NCBI GenBank assembly: GCA_913055605.1
Contig: CAJXKJ010000013.1
Location: 816-64,815, forward strand
Reading direction: 5' to 3'
From: an uncultured Euryhalocaulis sp.
GTDB taxonomy: Bacteria; Pseudomonadota; Alphaproteobacteria; Caulobacterales; Maricaulaceae
DNA length: 64,000 nt
The notes under the pieces: model-generated
Told to the model about the DNA's origin: nothing
The model's input: only the letters and a program-made list of their open reading frames with translations
The model's database searches: none
In this document: positions 1-9,415 of the stretch, piece by piece
Numbering within the stretch: position 1 is the first letter of the stretch
How the letters are laid out: each line of letters begins with the position of its first letter
Program-made: the position numbers and the translations under genes

Positions 1-1
1 G

Positions 2-667
2 GCCTCCTGGTACGGCGACGAATTCCATGGCCGCCCCACGGCCAATGGCGAAGTCTTCGACATGAACAAGATGACGGCCGCGCACCCGACGCTGCCCATC
101 CCGTCCTATGTCGAGGTCACCAATCTGGACAATGGCCGCACGGCCATCCTGCGCGTCAACGACCGCGGGCCGTTCGCGCGCAACCGCATTCTGGACGTCA
201 GCCGCCGCGCGGCCGAGGAGCTGGGCTTCAAGAGCCGCGGCACCGCCAATGTGCGCGTGACCTATCTGGGGCCGAGGGAAAACGAGCTGGGCGGCACCGG
301 CCGCCTGTACAGCGTGTCCGCGCCGGCCGGCCCGGCGCCGGTCGCCGCGCCGACCACGCCGATCAATGTCGAGCCGATCACACGCGCGCCGTCCGCGCCG
401 ATCAGCCGGCCGGCGGTCGACAACCAGCCGGCCGTTCCGGGCTGGTTCATCCAGGCGGGCGCGTTCTCCGAACCGCACCGCGCCGAGTCGGTCCGGGCGC
501 AGCTGGGCGGCGTCGGCCCCTCCACGATCGAGACGGTCTCTGTCGGCGGGCAGACCCTGCACCGCGTCCTGGTCGGCCCCTATCCGGCCGAAATGTCCGC
601 CAACGCCGCCCGGTATCAGGTCGCCGGCGCCGGTTTTGGCGACGCGCGCCTCATTCTTCGGAACTGA
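2..667 (+). CDS. rlpA: Septal ring lytic transglycosylase RlpA family protein with C-terminal SPOR domain; 5' end cut by window edge
   Basis: Frame is open from nt 2 ([20 protein letters not shown]...). DPBB core [29 protein letters not shown]-terminal SPOR-like [10 protein letters not shown]...HRVLVGPY. Confidence 0.85.
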   Translation, partial: ASWYGDEFHGRPTANGEVFDMNKMTAAHPTLPIPSYVEVTNLDNGRTAILRVNDRGPFARNRILDVSRRAAEELGFKSRGTANVRVTYLGPRENELGGTGRLYSVSAPAGPAPVAAPTTPINVEPITRAPSAPISRPAVDNQPAVPGWFIQAGAFSEPHRAESVRAQLGGVGPSTIETVSVGGQTLHRVLVGPYPAEMSANAARYQVAGAGFGDARLILRN

Positions 668-799
668 CCGCTTCCAATCCGGTTTTCCCTGCGCAGGGCC
701 GGTCCGCCGGGCCGGGCGGAATTCGCCCGCGACTCGGCTAGGATCGCCCTATTATCGCCGTGTCCGGCGTGCATCCGTCGCAGCGGAGTGGAGAACCCC

Positions 800-2011
800 G
801 TGATCAAACGTCTTGTCCCCGTCCTCACCGCGGCAGTTTCGGTCTCGGCCGCCGCGGCGCTCGTCGCCGCGCCCGTCGCCGCGCAGGAGCCGCTGACGAC
901 CATAGCCGAGCACGCGGTGATCATCGATTACGACACCGGCGAGGCGCTGCTGGACAAGGCGGGCGACACGCCGATGTACCCGGCCTCCATGACCAAGATC
1001 ATGACCGTTGAGATGGTGTTCGAGCGGCTGGCCGACGGCTCGCTGTCGCTGGACGACACCTTCACCGTCTCCGAGCACGCCTGGCGCGAGGGCGGGGCGG
1101 CCTCCGGCGGCTCCACCATGTTCCTGAAGCCGGGGGAGGAGGTGACGGTCGATGCGCTGCTGCACGGCATCATCGTCCAGTCCGGCAACGACGCCAGCAT
1201 CGTGGTGGCCGAGGCGCTGGACGGCTCCGAAGCCGCCTTCGCCGACGAGATGACCTCCCGCGCGCACGAGCTGGGCCTGAACAGCCTGAATTTCACCAAC
1301 GCGCCGGGCCTGCCCGATCCGGACCATGTGGTCAGCGCCATGGATCTGGCCATGCTCGCCCGTCACCAGATCATGACCTATCCGGACCTCTACGCGATCT
1401 ATGCGGTGGAGGAGTACACCCATAACGGCATCCGCCAGTACAACCGCAATCCGCTTCTGGGCCGGATCGAGGGCGTGGACGGCCTGAAGACCGGCCATAC
1501 CGAGGCGTCCGGCTATGGCGTCGTGCTGTCCGGCGTGCGCGACGGCGAACGCCGGATCGTCGTCATCAACGGCCTGGATTCCGAGACCGAGCGGGCGCAG
1601 GAGAGTGAGCGCCTGATGCGCGCCGCCTTCACCGAGTTCAAGCGCTATCGCCTGTTCGAAGAGGGCGACGAAGCCGGCTCCATCAATGTCTTCATGGGCC
1701 GCAGCGGCCAGGTCGCCGTGCGCGCGGCGGAGGATGTGGACATTACCCTGCACCGCAATTCGCGCCCCGACATGCAGGTCTATATCGATTATTCGACGCC
1801 CCGCGCGCCGATTGCCGAGGGCGACCAGGTCGCCACGCTGATCGTCGAGGCGCCGGGCTACGCGCCGAAGACCTATCCGCTGGTCGCCGCGCACGAGGTC
1901 GCCAAGAAGGGCGTGTTCGGCCGCGCCGGCGATGCGCTGATCCACATGATCCGCAGCAGCGGCGACAGCGACGCCGCCGGGGGCGAGGCCGCCGACTCCG
2001 CCGATGGCTGA
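800..2011 (+). CDS. D-alanyl-D-alanine carboxypeptidase (PBP5/6, S11 family)
   Basis: Signal peptide then SMTK (SxxK), SGND (SxN) and KTGHT (KTG) motifs. GTG at 800 has GGAG 6 nt upstream; the track ORF starts at GTG 788. Confidence 0.88.
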   Translation: MIKRLVPVLTAAVSVSAAAALVAAPVAAQEPLTTIAEHAVIIDYDTGEALLDKAGDTPMYPASMTKIMTVEMVFERLADGSLSLDDTFTVSEHAWREGGAASGGSTMFLKPGEEVTVDALLHGIIVQSGNDASIVVAEALDGSEAAFADEMTSRAHELGLNSLNFTNAPGLPDPDHVVSAMDLAMLARHQIMTYPDLYAIYAVEEYTHNGIRQYNRNPLLGRIEGVDGLKTGHTEASGYGVVLSGVRDGERRIVVINGLDSETERAQESERLMRAAFTEFKRYRLFEEGDEAGSINVFMGRSGQVAVRAAEDVDITLHRNSRPDMQVYIDYSTPRAPIAEGDQVATLIVEAPGYAPKTYPLVAAHEVAKKGVFGRAGDALIHMIRSSGDSDAAGGEAADSADG

Positions 2012-2639
2012 GCGGCGCGGCCGCTTCATCACGCTGGAAGGCGGGGAGGGGGCGGGGAAGTCGACACAGGCCGCCCGCCTGTGCGCCTGGCTGTCGGAGC
2101 TCGGCCACGAAACCGTCCAGACGCGGGAGCCCGGCGGCACGCCGGGGGCGGAGGAAATCCGCAGCCTCCTGACCACCGGCGCGGCCGACCGCTGGACCCC
2201 GGAATCCGAAGCGCTGCTGCTGTACGCCGCGCGCGCCGATCATGTCGCCCGGCTGATCCGCCCGGCGCTGGAGCGCAGGGCCTGGGTCGTCTGCGACCGC
2301 TTCGCCGACTCCACGCGCGCCTATCAGGGCGCCGGGCACGGCATGGCGCGTGAAACGCTGGACGCGCTGCACCGCGCGGCGCTGGGCGATTTCGAGCCGG
2401 ACCTGACCCTGATCCTGGACCTGCCCCCCGAAGAGGGCCTGAAGCGCGCCGCCGCGCGGGGCGGGGAGGCGCGCTTCGAATCCCTGCCGGCGGACTTCCA
2501 CGCCCGGCTGCGCCAGGGCTTTCTGGACATCGCGACGGCCGCGCCGGACCGCTGCGCCGTGATCGACGCATCGGGCGACGCCGATGCGGTGGCGGACGCG
2601 GTGCAGGCCATCGTGAAGGCGCGCTTGACGCCCGGCTGA
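2004..2639 (+). CDS. tmk: Thymidylate kinase
   Basis: FITLEGGEGAGKSTQ P-loop and TREPGGT motif. 8-nt overlap with the upstream gene. Confidence 0.92.
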   Translation: MAERRGRFITLEGGEGAGKSTQAARLCAWLSELGHETVQTREPGGTPGAEEIRSLLTTGAADRWTPESEALLLYAARADHVARLIRPALERRAWVVCDRFADSTRAYQGAGHGMARETLDALHRAALGDFEPDLTLILDLPPEEGLKRAAARGGEARFESLPADFHARLRQGFLDIATAAPDRCAVIDASGDADAVADAVQAIVKARLTPG

Positions 2640-2659
2640 GCGGGACCGAGTTTGCGCCC

Positions 2660-3718
2660 ATGGACCCCGAACTGGAGCCGGATCGCGCGCCGAACTGTCC
2701 GCATCCGCGCGAAACCTACGATCTGACCGGCCATGAGGCCGAGGAGGCGGAGATCGCCTCGGCCTGGGAGGCCGGGCGGATGCATCATGCGTGGCTGATC
2801 ACCGGTTCGCGCGGGGTCGGCAAGGCGACGCTGGCCTATCGCGCCGCCCGGCGGGCGCTGGGCGCGCGGCGGGACGCCTCCCGCGGGGCGCTGGGCGCCG
2901 ATCCGGAAGACGCGATCTGCCGCCGGATCGAGGCGCAGAGCCATTCCGACCTGATGGTGATCCGCCGCCCTTGGAACGACGCGACCAAGAAAGTGCGCGC
3001 CGAGATCACCGTGGACGAGGCGCGGCGGGTCGAACATCTGTTCGAACAGAGCGCCGGCGAGGGCGGCTGGCGAGTCGTGATTGTGGATTCGGTCGACGAA
3101 ATGAATCCCAATGCGGCCAACGCCTTATTGAAGACTCTTGAGGAACCGCCGAAACGCGCGCTGCTGCTTCTGATCAGCCATGCGCCGGGCCGGCTGCTGC
3201 CCACGATCCGCTCGCGCTGCCGTACGCTGCGCCTGCGCCCGCTGGACGAGGCCGGCATGCGCCGCTTCGCCGAAAGCGCCGGGGCGGAGGAGGGGGCGGA
3301 CGCCGCCCTGATCGCCCGGCTGGCCGAAGGCGCGCCGGGAAAGGCCGCGTCGCTGGCCGCCGCGGGCGCGGCGGGCCTGCACGGGGAGGCCTCGGCCCTG
3401 TTCGGGGCGCTTCCGGAGCTGGATATCGGGCGCGCCTACAAGCTTGGCGACCGGCTGTCGCGCGCCGCGGCGCGGCCGGGCCTGGCGCTGTTCCATGAAT
3501 TCGCCCAGCGCTTCGCGCAGGAGCGTGCGCGCGCCAGCGCCGGGTCGGACGATGCGCCGCTGTTCGCCGCGCCGCGCGGCGCGGGCGCCAGCGACGCCTG
3601 GATCGCCGCCTGGGAGTCTCTGACCCAGCTGGAGCGCCAGCAGACCGGCCTGTATCTGGACCCGAAACAGACCGTGCTGTCGGCGCTGTCCACGCTGCGC
3701 GACGCGGCGGCGGCCTGA
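2660..3718 (+). CDS. holB: DNA polymerase III subunit delta'
   Basis: HAWLITGSRGVGKATLA, ANALLKTLEEPP and TIRSRC motifs. Conserved tmk-holB order. Confidence 0.88.
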   Translation: MDPELEPDRAPNCPHPRETYDLTGHEAEEAEIASAWEAGRMHHAWLITGSRGVGKATLAYRAARRALGARRDASRGALGADPEDAICRRIEAQSHSDLMVIRRPWNDATKKVRAEITVDEARRVEHLFEQSAGEGGWRVVIVDSVDEMNPNAANALLKTLEEPPKRALLLLISHAPGRLLPTIRSRCRTLRLRPLDEAGMRRFAESAGAEEGADAALIARLAEGAPGKAASLAAAGAAGLHGEASALFGALPELDIGRAYKLGDRLSRAAARPGLALFHEFAQRFAQERARASAGSDDAPLFAAPRGAGASDAWIAAWESLTQLERQQTGLYLDPKQTVLSALSTLRDAAAA

Positions 3719-3726
3719 GGAACGAC

Positions 3727-4524
3727 ATGCTGGTCGACAGCCACGCGAACCTTCATGGCGAGGCCTATGAGGAGGATCTGGACGCCGTTCTGGACCGCGC
3801 GCGGGAGGCGGGGGTGGGGACCATCGTCGCCATCTGCTGCCGCCTGGCGGAGTTCGAGGACGTGCTGGGCGTGGCGGAAAACCGGCCAAATATCTGGGCC
3901 ACGATCGGCCAGCACCCACACCACGCCAAGGACCGGCCGGACGTCTCCGCCGACTGGCTGGTCGAGACCGCGGCGCATCCCAAAGTCATCGCCATCGGCG
4001 AGACCGGCCTGGACCGGCACTACAACTACAGCCCCGAAGACCAGCAGGTTGAGAGCTTTCTGGCGCATGTGGACGCCGCGCGCCGCACCAGCCTGCCGAT
4101 CGTCATCCATTGCCGGGAGTCGGACGATCTGATGGCCGATCTGCTGGAACAGGAAATGGCGAAAGGCCCGTTCAAGGCGCTGCTGCATTCCTATACCGGC
4201 GGCTCGGATCTGGCCCGGCGCGCGGCGGCGCTGGGCGCGTATTTCAGCGTCAACGGCATCGCCAGCTTCAAGAACGCGACCGACGTGCGCGACGTGATCC
4301 GCGACGAAATGCCGGACGACCGCATCCTGATCGAGACCGACTGTCCGTATCTGGCGCCCGTTCCCATGCGCGGCCGGCGCAACGAGCCGGCCTATTTGCC
4401 GCATGTCGCCGCGGCGCTGGCCCAGGCCAAGGGCTGGAGCGTGGAGGAGGCGGCCTGGCGCAGCACGGAGGCGTTCTTCGCACTGTTCGGCAAGGCGCAG
4501 CGGCCGTCGGACGCCGCCGCGTGA
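3727..4524 (+). CDS. TatD family metal-dependent hydrolase/DNase
   Basis: MLVDSHANL, IGETGLD, IHCR, TDCPYLAP signatures. Confidence 0.88.
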   Translation: MLVDSHANLHGEAYEEDLDAVLDRAREAGVGTIVAICCRLAEFEDVLGVAENRPNIWATIGQHPHHAKDRPDVSADWLVETAAHPKVIAIGETGLDRHYNYSPEDQQVESFLAHVDAARRTSLPIVIHCRESDDLMADLLEQEMAKGPFKALLHSYTGGSDLARRAAALGAYFSVNGIASFKNATDVRDVIRDEMPDDRILIETDCPYLAPVPMRGRRNEPAYLPHVAAALAQAKGWSVEEAAWRSTEAFFALFGKAQRPSDAAA

Positions 4525-5360
4525 CGCGCCGCTTCACCATTCTGGGCTGCGGATCGTCCGGCGGCTGTCCGCGCATCGGCGGCGAGGACGGCGCGGACTG
4601 GGGCGTCTGCGACCCCGCGGAGCCGAAGAACCGCCGCCAGCGCGGCTCCTTCCTGGCCGAACGGTCCGGTCCGGATGGGGTCACGCGCGTGCTGGTCGAC
4701 ACGTCGCCGGATTTGCGGGAGCAATTGCTGGACGCCCGCGTCAGCGCGCTGGACGCAGTGCTGTTCAGCCATGACCACGCCGACCAGACGCACGGGATCG
4801 ACGATCTGCGCCCGCTGACCTTCCATATGGGCCGCCGCATTCCGGTCTATCTGGACGACGCGACGGCCGGCGCGCTGCGCCAGCGGTTCGGCTATTGTTT
4901 CGAGACGCCGCCCGGTCATTCCTATCCGCCGATCCTGGACGCGCACGCCATGCCGGCGCCGGGCCAGAGCCTAACGATTAACGGTGCCGGCGGACCGGTC
5001 GACGTCACGCCGCTGGCCCAGGATCACGGCCGCGGCGTCAGCTCGCTGGGCTTCCGTTTCGGCGAAATCGGATATTCGAACGACGTCGCGGAGCTGCCGG
5101 ACGAAACGCTGGCGGCGCTGGACGGCGTGCGCGTCTGGATCGTGGACGCGCTGCGCTATACGCCGCATCCCACGCACGCGCATCTGGACAAGGCGCTGGG
5201 CTGGATCGACCGACTGAAGCCCGAACTGGCGATCCTGACGAACCTGCACGTCGACATGGACTATGCGACCCTGCGCCAGGAATTGCCGGAGGGCGTGATT
5301 CCGGCGCATGACGGGCTGACCGTGGTTCTGGACGGCGACAGGCTCGAACTTGAGGAATGA
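4521..5360 (+). CDS. MBL-fold metallo-hydrolase (PhnP-like)
   Basis: GTG at 4521 gives VTRRFTILGCGSSGG..., with SHDHADQTHG metal motif. The upstream part of track ORF 4110..5360 overlaps tatD out of frame and looks like low-complexity Arg/Gly noise. Confidence 0.8.
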   Translation: MTRRFTILGCGSSGGCPRIGGEDGADWGVCDPAEPKNRRQRGSFLAERSGPDGVTRVLVDTSPDLREQLLDARVSALDAVLFSHDHADQTHGIDDLRPLTFHMGRRIPVYLDDATAGALRQRFGYCFETPPGHSYPPILDAHAMPAPGQSLTINGAGGPVDVTPLAQDHGRGVSSLGFRFGEIGYSNDVAELPDETLAALDGVRVWIVDALRYTPHPTHAHLDKALGWIDRLKPELAILTNLHVDMDYATLRQELPEGVIPAHDGLTVVLDGDRLELEE

Positions 5361-5412
5361 GTTGAGGTTCTGCGGTGTTTGTTTCTCATAATATGTATTA
5401 TGCGCCTTTCTG

Positions 5413-6231
5413 ATGTCCGCTGACGACCACGGCCCCACCGGCGATCTGAGCCCGCTCCTGTCGATCATGGCGCGGCTGCGCGATCCGGAGCGCGGCTGCC
5501 CGTGGGATATCGAACAGGATTTCGCATCCATCGCGCCCTACACGATCGAGGAAGCCTATGAGGTCGCCGAGGCGATCCGCACCGGCGACATGGACGCGCT
5601 GCGCGGCGAGCTGGGCGATCTGCTGTTCCAGACCGTGTTCCACGCGCGCATGGCGCAGGAAGACGGCGCGTTCGATTTCGACGACGTCGTCGCCGGCGTC
5701 GTGGAAAAGATGGTGCGCCGGCATCCGCACGTCTTCGGCGACGCCGATATCGGCGATTCCGACGCCCAGACGCGGTCCTGGGAGGCGCTGAAGGCCGCCG
5801 AGCGCAAGCAGAAGGCCCTTGCGGGCGTTCTGGACGACGTTCCGCTTGCCCTGCCCGCCCTGATGCGCGCCCACAAGCTGCAGAAGCGCGCCGCACGCGT
5901 CGGCTTCGACTGGCCCTCGGCCGAAGAGGTTCTGGCCAAGGTCAGCGAGGAAGCCCGCGAGGTCAGCGAGGCGGCGCAATCCGGCGACCCGGACAAGATC
6001 GCGGACGAAGTCGGCGACCTGATCTTCAACGCCGTGAACCTGGCCCGGAAGCTGGGCGCCGACCCCGAAGAAGCCCTGCGCCGCTGCAACGCGAAATTCG
6101 AGCGCCGCTTTCGCTTTATTGAGCAAGAGCTTGAAAAGCGAGGAAAAACGCCGGGGCAGTCTACGCTGGAAGAAATGGACGCGCTGTGGGACGCCGCCAA
6201 GGCGGCGGAGGCGGCAAAGTCAGCCGGCTAG
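5413..6231 (+). CDS. mazG: Nucleoside triphosphate pyrophosphohydrolase MazG
   Basis: Two MazG repeats (TIEEAYEVAEAI..LGDLLF and EEAREVSEA..VGDLIF). Confidence 0.9.
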   Translation: MSADDHGPTGDLSPLLSIMARLRDPERGCPWDIEQDFASIAPYTIEEAYEVAEAIRTGDMDALRGELGDLLFQTVFHARMAQEDGAFDFDDVVAGVVEKMVRRHPHVFGDADIGDSDAQTRSWEALKAAERKQKALAGVLDDVPLALPALMRAHKLQKRAARVGFDWPSAEEVLAKVSEEAREVSEAAQSGDPDKIADEVGDLIFNAVNLARKLGADPEEALRRCNAKFERRFRFIEQELEKRGKTPGQSTLEEMDALWDAAKAAEAAKSAG

Positions 6232-6668
6232 CTCGGCTGGGACGCCGCCACCACGGCCTCGGTGTCGAACAGCTCGATCATCGACACCGCCTTCCCGTCC
6301 CGGAACGACCAGAAATTGGCCAGCTGGCTGCCGACGATGCGATTGGTCTTGCGGTGGCGATACGCAACCTCGGCCAGCACGGCGACCTCGTCTCCGTCCG
6401 CGACATAGCGCTGCACCTCGTACAGCTGCATCTCCCAGGTCTCGATCATCGCGCGCAGATACCAGCGCGCGCCCTCCTTGCCGCGCGGCGCGGCCCCGAA
6501 GGCCGCGGCGATATAGGAGTCCGCGGCCGACCGGACGATGAAGTCGTCGCTGATGAGCGTGAGCCAGGCCTCCACGCTGTCCCCGCGCGTGTCGATCCAG
6601 AGCCCATAGGCCCACTTCAGGTTTTCGACATTCTTGTTTGGCTTGTTTGGCTTGTTTGGCGCGATCAT
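6228..6668 (-). CDS. NTF2/SnoaL-like fold protein with N-terminal (PNK)x3 repeat
   Basis: About 130-aa single domain (NVENLKWAYGLW...FWSFRDGKAVSM) resembling SnoaL/NTF2 proteins. ATG at 6668 (track start 6680 is TTG). Fold assignment is by pattern memory only. Confidence 0.55.
   Translation of the reverse strand: MIAPNKPNKPNKNVENLKWAYGLWIDTRGDSVEAWLTLISDDFIVRSAADSYIAAAFGAAPRGKEGARWYLRAMIETWEMQLYEVQRYVADGDEVAVLAEVAYRHRKTNRIVGSQLANFWSFRDGKAVSMIELFDTEAVVAASQPS
6633..6659. repeat. Perfect 9-bp tandem repeat CTTGTTTGG x3
   Basis: Read directly at 6633-6641, 6642-6650 and 6651-6659. Encodes PNKPNKPNK on the minus strand. Confidence 0.95.
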
Positions 6669-6746
6669 CGACTCCCCCAAAAGCCGCCGCTTCGGGAAGC
6701 CTATCCGATGGCGATAAAACGCGAAATCGAAGAGAAGGCCTGCGCC

Positions 6747-8066
6747 CTATTCCGCCGCCCGGGCGCGGACGGCGGTCGCCGCCACCTCAGGAAACACCTG
6801 CCGGAATTTGCCCGCCGCGGACCCGGCCAGGCGCGTGACGATGCGGATGCTTCCGTCCTCGCCCGGCGTTTCCTCCACAACCTCGCCGTGCTCATGCAGC
6901 CAGGCGCGCGCCGCGGCGTCCTGCGGTCCCGCGACGACGTCCAGAAGCTCCGCCTGTCCCAGCAGCGCCGAATCGACGATGGCCAGCAGCGCATCCAGCC
7001 CCGCGCCCGTCTCCGCGCTGATCGGCGCGGCCAGCGGATCGGCGACGCGCGCCTTGGCGGCCAGCACCGCCCGCTCGTCTTCGTCCAGCAGATCGGCCTT
7101 GTTCCACGCCTCGACGACCAGCTGGCCGGACTCCTCGCCCGCCCCGATCTGGTCCAGCACCGCCTCCACATCGGCCTTGCGCTCGGCGCCCAGCGGATCG
7201 GAGATGTCGCGGACATGGATCAGCAGGTCCGCGGCCGCCACCTCCTCCAGCGTCGCGCGGAAGGCGGCGACAAGATCGGTCGGCAGGTCGGAGATGAAGC
7301 CCACCGTGTCGGACAGGATCGCGCGCCGCCCGCCCGGCAGGGAGATCGCGCGCAAGGTCGGGTCCAGGGTCGCGAACGGCATGTTCTTGGCCAGCACCCC
7401 TGCCCCGGAAAGCCGGTTGAATAATGTGGACTTACCGGCGTTTGTGTAACCGATGAGCGAGATCACCGGCCAGCTGGACCGCGCGCGCGAGGCGCGCTGG
7501 ACGCCGCGCGTGCGGCGCACCTGCTCCAGCTGTTTGCGCAGCGATGCGATGCGTTCGGACAGGATCCGGCGGTCGGCCTCGATCTGGGTTTCGCCCGGCC
7601 CGGCCAGGAAGCCGCCGCCGCCGCGCTGGCGCTCCAGGTGGGTCCAGGTCCGCACCAGGCGCGACCGCTCATAGGCCAGCCGCGCCAGCTCCACCTGCAG
7701 ACGGCCTTCCCTGGTGGCCGCGCGCAGGCCGAAAATTTCCAGGATCAGCTGGGTCCGATCGATGACCTTGGCCTTCCAGGCGCGCTCCAGATTGCGCTGC
7801 TGGACCGGCGACAGCATGGCGTCGACGATGACCAGGCCCGCGCCCTCGGCCTCCGCCAGGGCGCCGACCTCCTCCACCTTCCCCGCGCCCAGATAGGTGG
7901 CCGACGACGGGCGGCGCAGGACGGTGACGTCCTCCGCTACGACCTCCAGCGTCAGCGCCTCGGCCAGACCCCGGGTTTCTTCCAGACGCGGACCGGCGCC
8001 GGATTTCTGCTCCGGCGCGACAGGCAGCAGGATGACTGCGCGGTCCGCGCGCCGATCATCCGCCAT
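6747..8066 (-). CDS. hflX: GTPase HflX
   Basis: GYTNAGKSTLFNRL G1 motif, DTVGF, NKADL. Lies directly downstream of hfq. Confidence 0.93.
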   Translation of the reverse strand: MADDRRADRAVILLPVAPEQKSGAGPRLEETRGLAEALTLEVVAEDVTVLRRPSSATYLGAGKVEEVGALAEAEGAGLVIVDAMLSPVQQRNLERAWKAKVIDRTQLILEIFGLRAATREGRLQVELARLAYERSRLVRTWTHLERQRGGGGFLAGPGETQIEADRRILSERIASLRKQLEQVRRTRGVQRASRARSSWPVISLIGYTNAGKSTLFNRLSGAGVLAKNMPFATLDPTLRAISLPGGRRAILSDTVGFISDLPTDLVAAFRATLEEVAAADLLIHVRDISDPLGAERKADVEAVLDQIGAGEESGQLVVEAWNKADLLDEDERAVLAAKARVADPLAAPISAETGAGLDALLAIVDSALLGQAELLDVVAGPQDAAARAWLHEHGEVVEETPGEDGSIRIVTRLAGSAAGKFRQVFPEVAATAVRARAAE

Positions 8067-8074
8067 AAGCGCCT

Positions 8075-8332
8075 TTAGTCGTCAGAATCGCCGCCGTTAT
8101 CGTCAGGTTCGTACAGCTGAACCGGCTGGGCCGGCATCACCGTGGATATGGCGTGCTTGTAGACCAGTTGCGACTGGCCGTCACGGCGCAGCAGCACGCA
8201 GAAATTGTCAAACCAGGTCACGACGCCCTGAAGCTTGACCCCGTTCACCAGGAAGATGGTCAGCGGCGTGCGGCTCTTACGGACCGCGTTCAAAAACGTG
8301 TCCTGCAAGTTCTGTTTCTTCTCGTTGCTCAT
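8075..8332 (-). CDS. hfq: RNA chaperone Hfq
   Basis: [39 protein letters not shown]...VYKHAISTV Sm1/Sm2 motifs. Confidence 0.97.
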   Translation of the reverse strand: MSNEKKQNLQDTFLNAVRKSRTPLTIFLVNGVKLQGVVTWFDNFCVLLRRDGQSQLVYKHAISTVMPAQPVQLYEPDDNGGDSDD

Positions 8333-8445
8333 GTGGTGTTGTTGGGGCGGAGGGTCCCGCCCGTATCCCCATTATTGTGACGGCGCGCTCGAACGCCGGT
8401 TCCCCGCATTTCTAACAAATTCGTAACGTGCCAAAGCGGCGGCTG

Positions 8446-8477
8446 CAACAGAAAGGCGATCCGAAATCGGATCGCCT
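8446..8477 (-). terminator. Rho-independent terminator downstream of the class IV aminotransferase gene
   Basis: Minus strand reads GGCGATCCG-ATTT-CGGATCGCC followed by TTTCTGTTG, a 9-10 bp GC stem plus a U-rich tail, about 92 nt after the stop at 8569. Confidence 0.7.
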
Positions 8478-8568
8478 TCGCACCCGCAACATAATAGCAG
8501 CGTCGCCCGGCCTGTCCGCCCCTTCATTCGGGGCGTCACAAACACTTGATACTCCCGGCCCTTCCAGC

Positions 8569-9414
8569 TCAGTCGTCCAGTTCGGCGTAGGCGGCCTGCA
8601 ACCGGCGCGTGACAGGACCCGGCGCGCCATCCGCGACATTCTTTCCATCGAGGTCAATGACTGGAATCACGGCGCCCGACGCAGACGTGAAAAACGCCTC
8701 GTCCGCGTCCCTGGCTTCCTCCGCGCTGAAGGCGCGCTCCTGCACCGGCACGCCCAGTTTCTGCGCCAGCCCCATCGTGCGCAAGCGCGTGACGCCGGGC
8801 AGGATATTGTCGGCGAGCGGCCGGGTGATCAGCCGGCCGTCCTTGACGATCCAGGCATTGGTGGACGCGCCCTCGGTGACCATGCCCTGCCCATCCAGCA
8901 GCCAGGTCTCCGCAGCGCCGGCCTCGCGCGCGGCCTGTTTGGCCAGGACGTTCGGCAACAGGCCCGTCGTCTTGATGTCGCAGCGGCCCCAACGGATGTC
9001 CGGCGCGGTGATGACGGCCACGCCCTGCTCCGCCTTGCGGCGCAGCGCCGCGCGATCCACGGCGCGCGCCGTGGCGATCACGGTCGGGCGGACGCCCACG
9101 GGAAACGGGTGGTCGCGGCGCGCCTGGCCGCGCGTGATCTGCAGATAGAGCAGCCCGTCGCGCACCCGGTTGCGGCGCAGCAGCTCGTTCAGCACCGACT
9201 CCAGCGCGGCGCGGCCCATCGGCGGGTCGATGCGCAGCTCGCCCAGCGACCGCCACAGGCGGGCGAAATGGCCGTCATTGTCGCGCAGCCGCCCGTCCGC
9301 CACGCGCCAGACTTCGTAGATGGAGTCCGCGAACTGCAGGCCGCGATCCTCGATCCCGACCGAGGCCTCGCTCATGGGCGCGAAGCGCCCGTCCACATAG
9401 GCGACACGGCTCAC
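8569..9414 (-). CDS. Class IV aminotransferase (D-amino-acid / branched-chain type)
   Basis: VSRVAYVDGRF..SVGIEDRGLQFADSIYEV and EGASTNAW motifs. GTG start at 9414 lies 1 nt after the trkH stop. The upstream part of the track ORF overlaps trkH. Confidence 0.82.
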   Translation of the reverse strand: MSRVAYVDGRFAPMSEASVGIEDRGLQFADSIYEVWRVADGRLRDNDGHFARLWRSLGELRIDPPMGRAALESVLNELLRRNRVRDGLLYLQITRGQARRDHPFPVGVRPTVIATARAVDRAALRRKAEQGVAVITAPDIRWGRCDIKTTGLLPNVLAKQAAREAGAAETWLLDGQGMVTEGASTNAWIVKDGRLITRPLADNILPGVTRLRTMGLAQKLGVPVQERAFSAEEARDADEAFFTSASGAVIPVIDLDGKNVADGAPGPVTRRLQAAYAELDD

Positions 9415-9415
9415 C

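Noticed and set aside
4110-4520. Upstream 137-codon extension of the MBL hydrolase ORF overlapping tatD
   Set aside because: The extension is out of frame with the well-supported tatD gene and reads as Arg/Gly noise. A GTG at 4521 gives the conserved N-terminus (RFTILGCGSSGG) with the usual 4-nt overlap.
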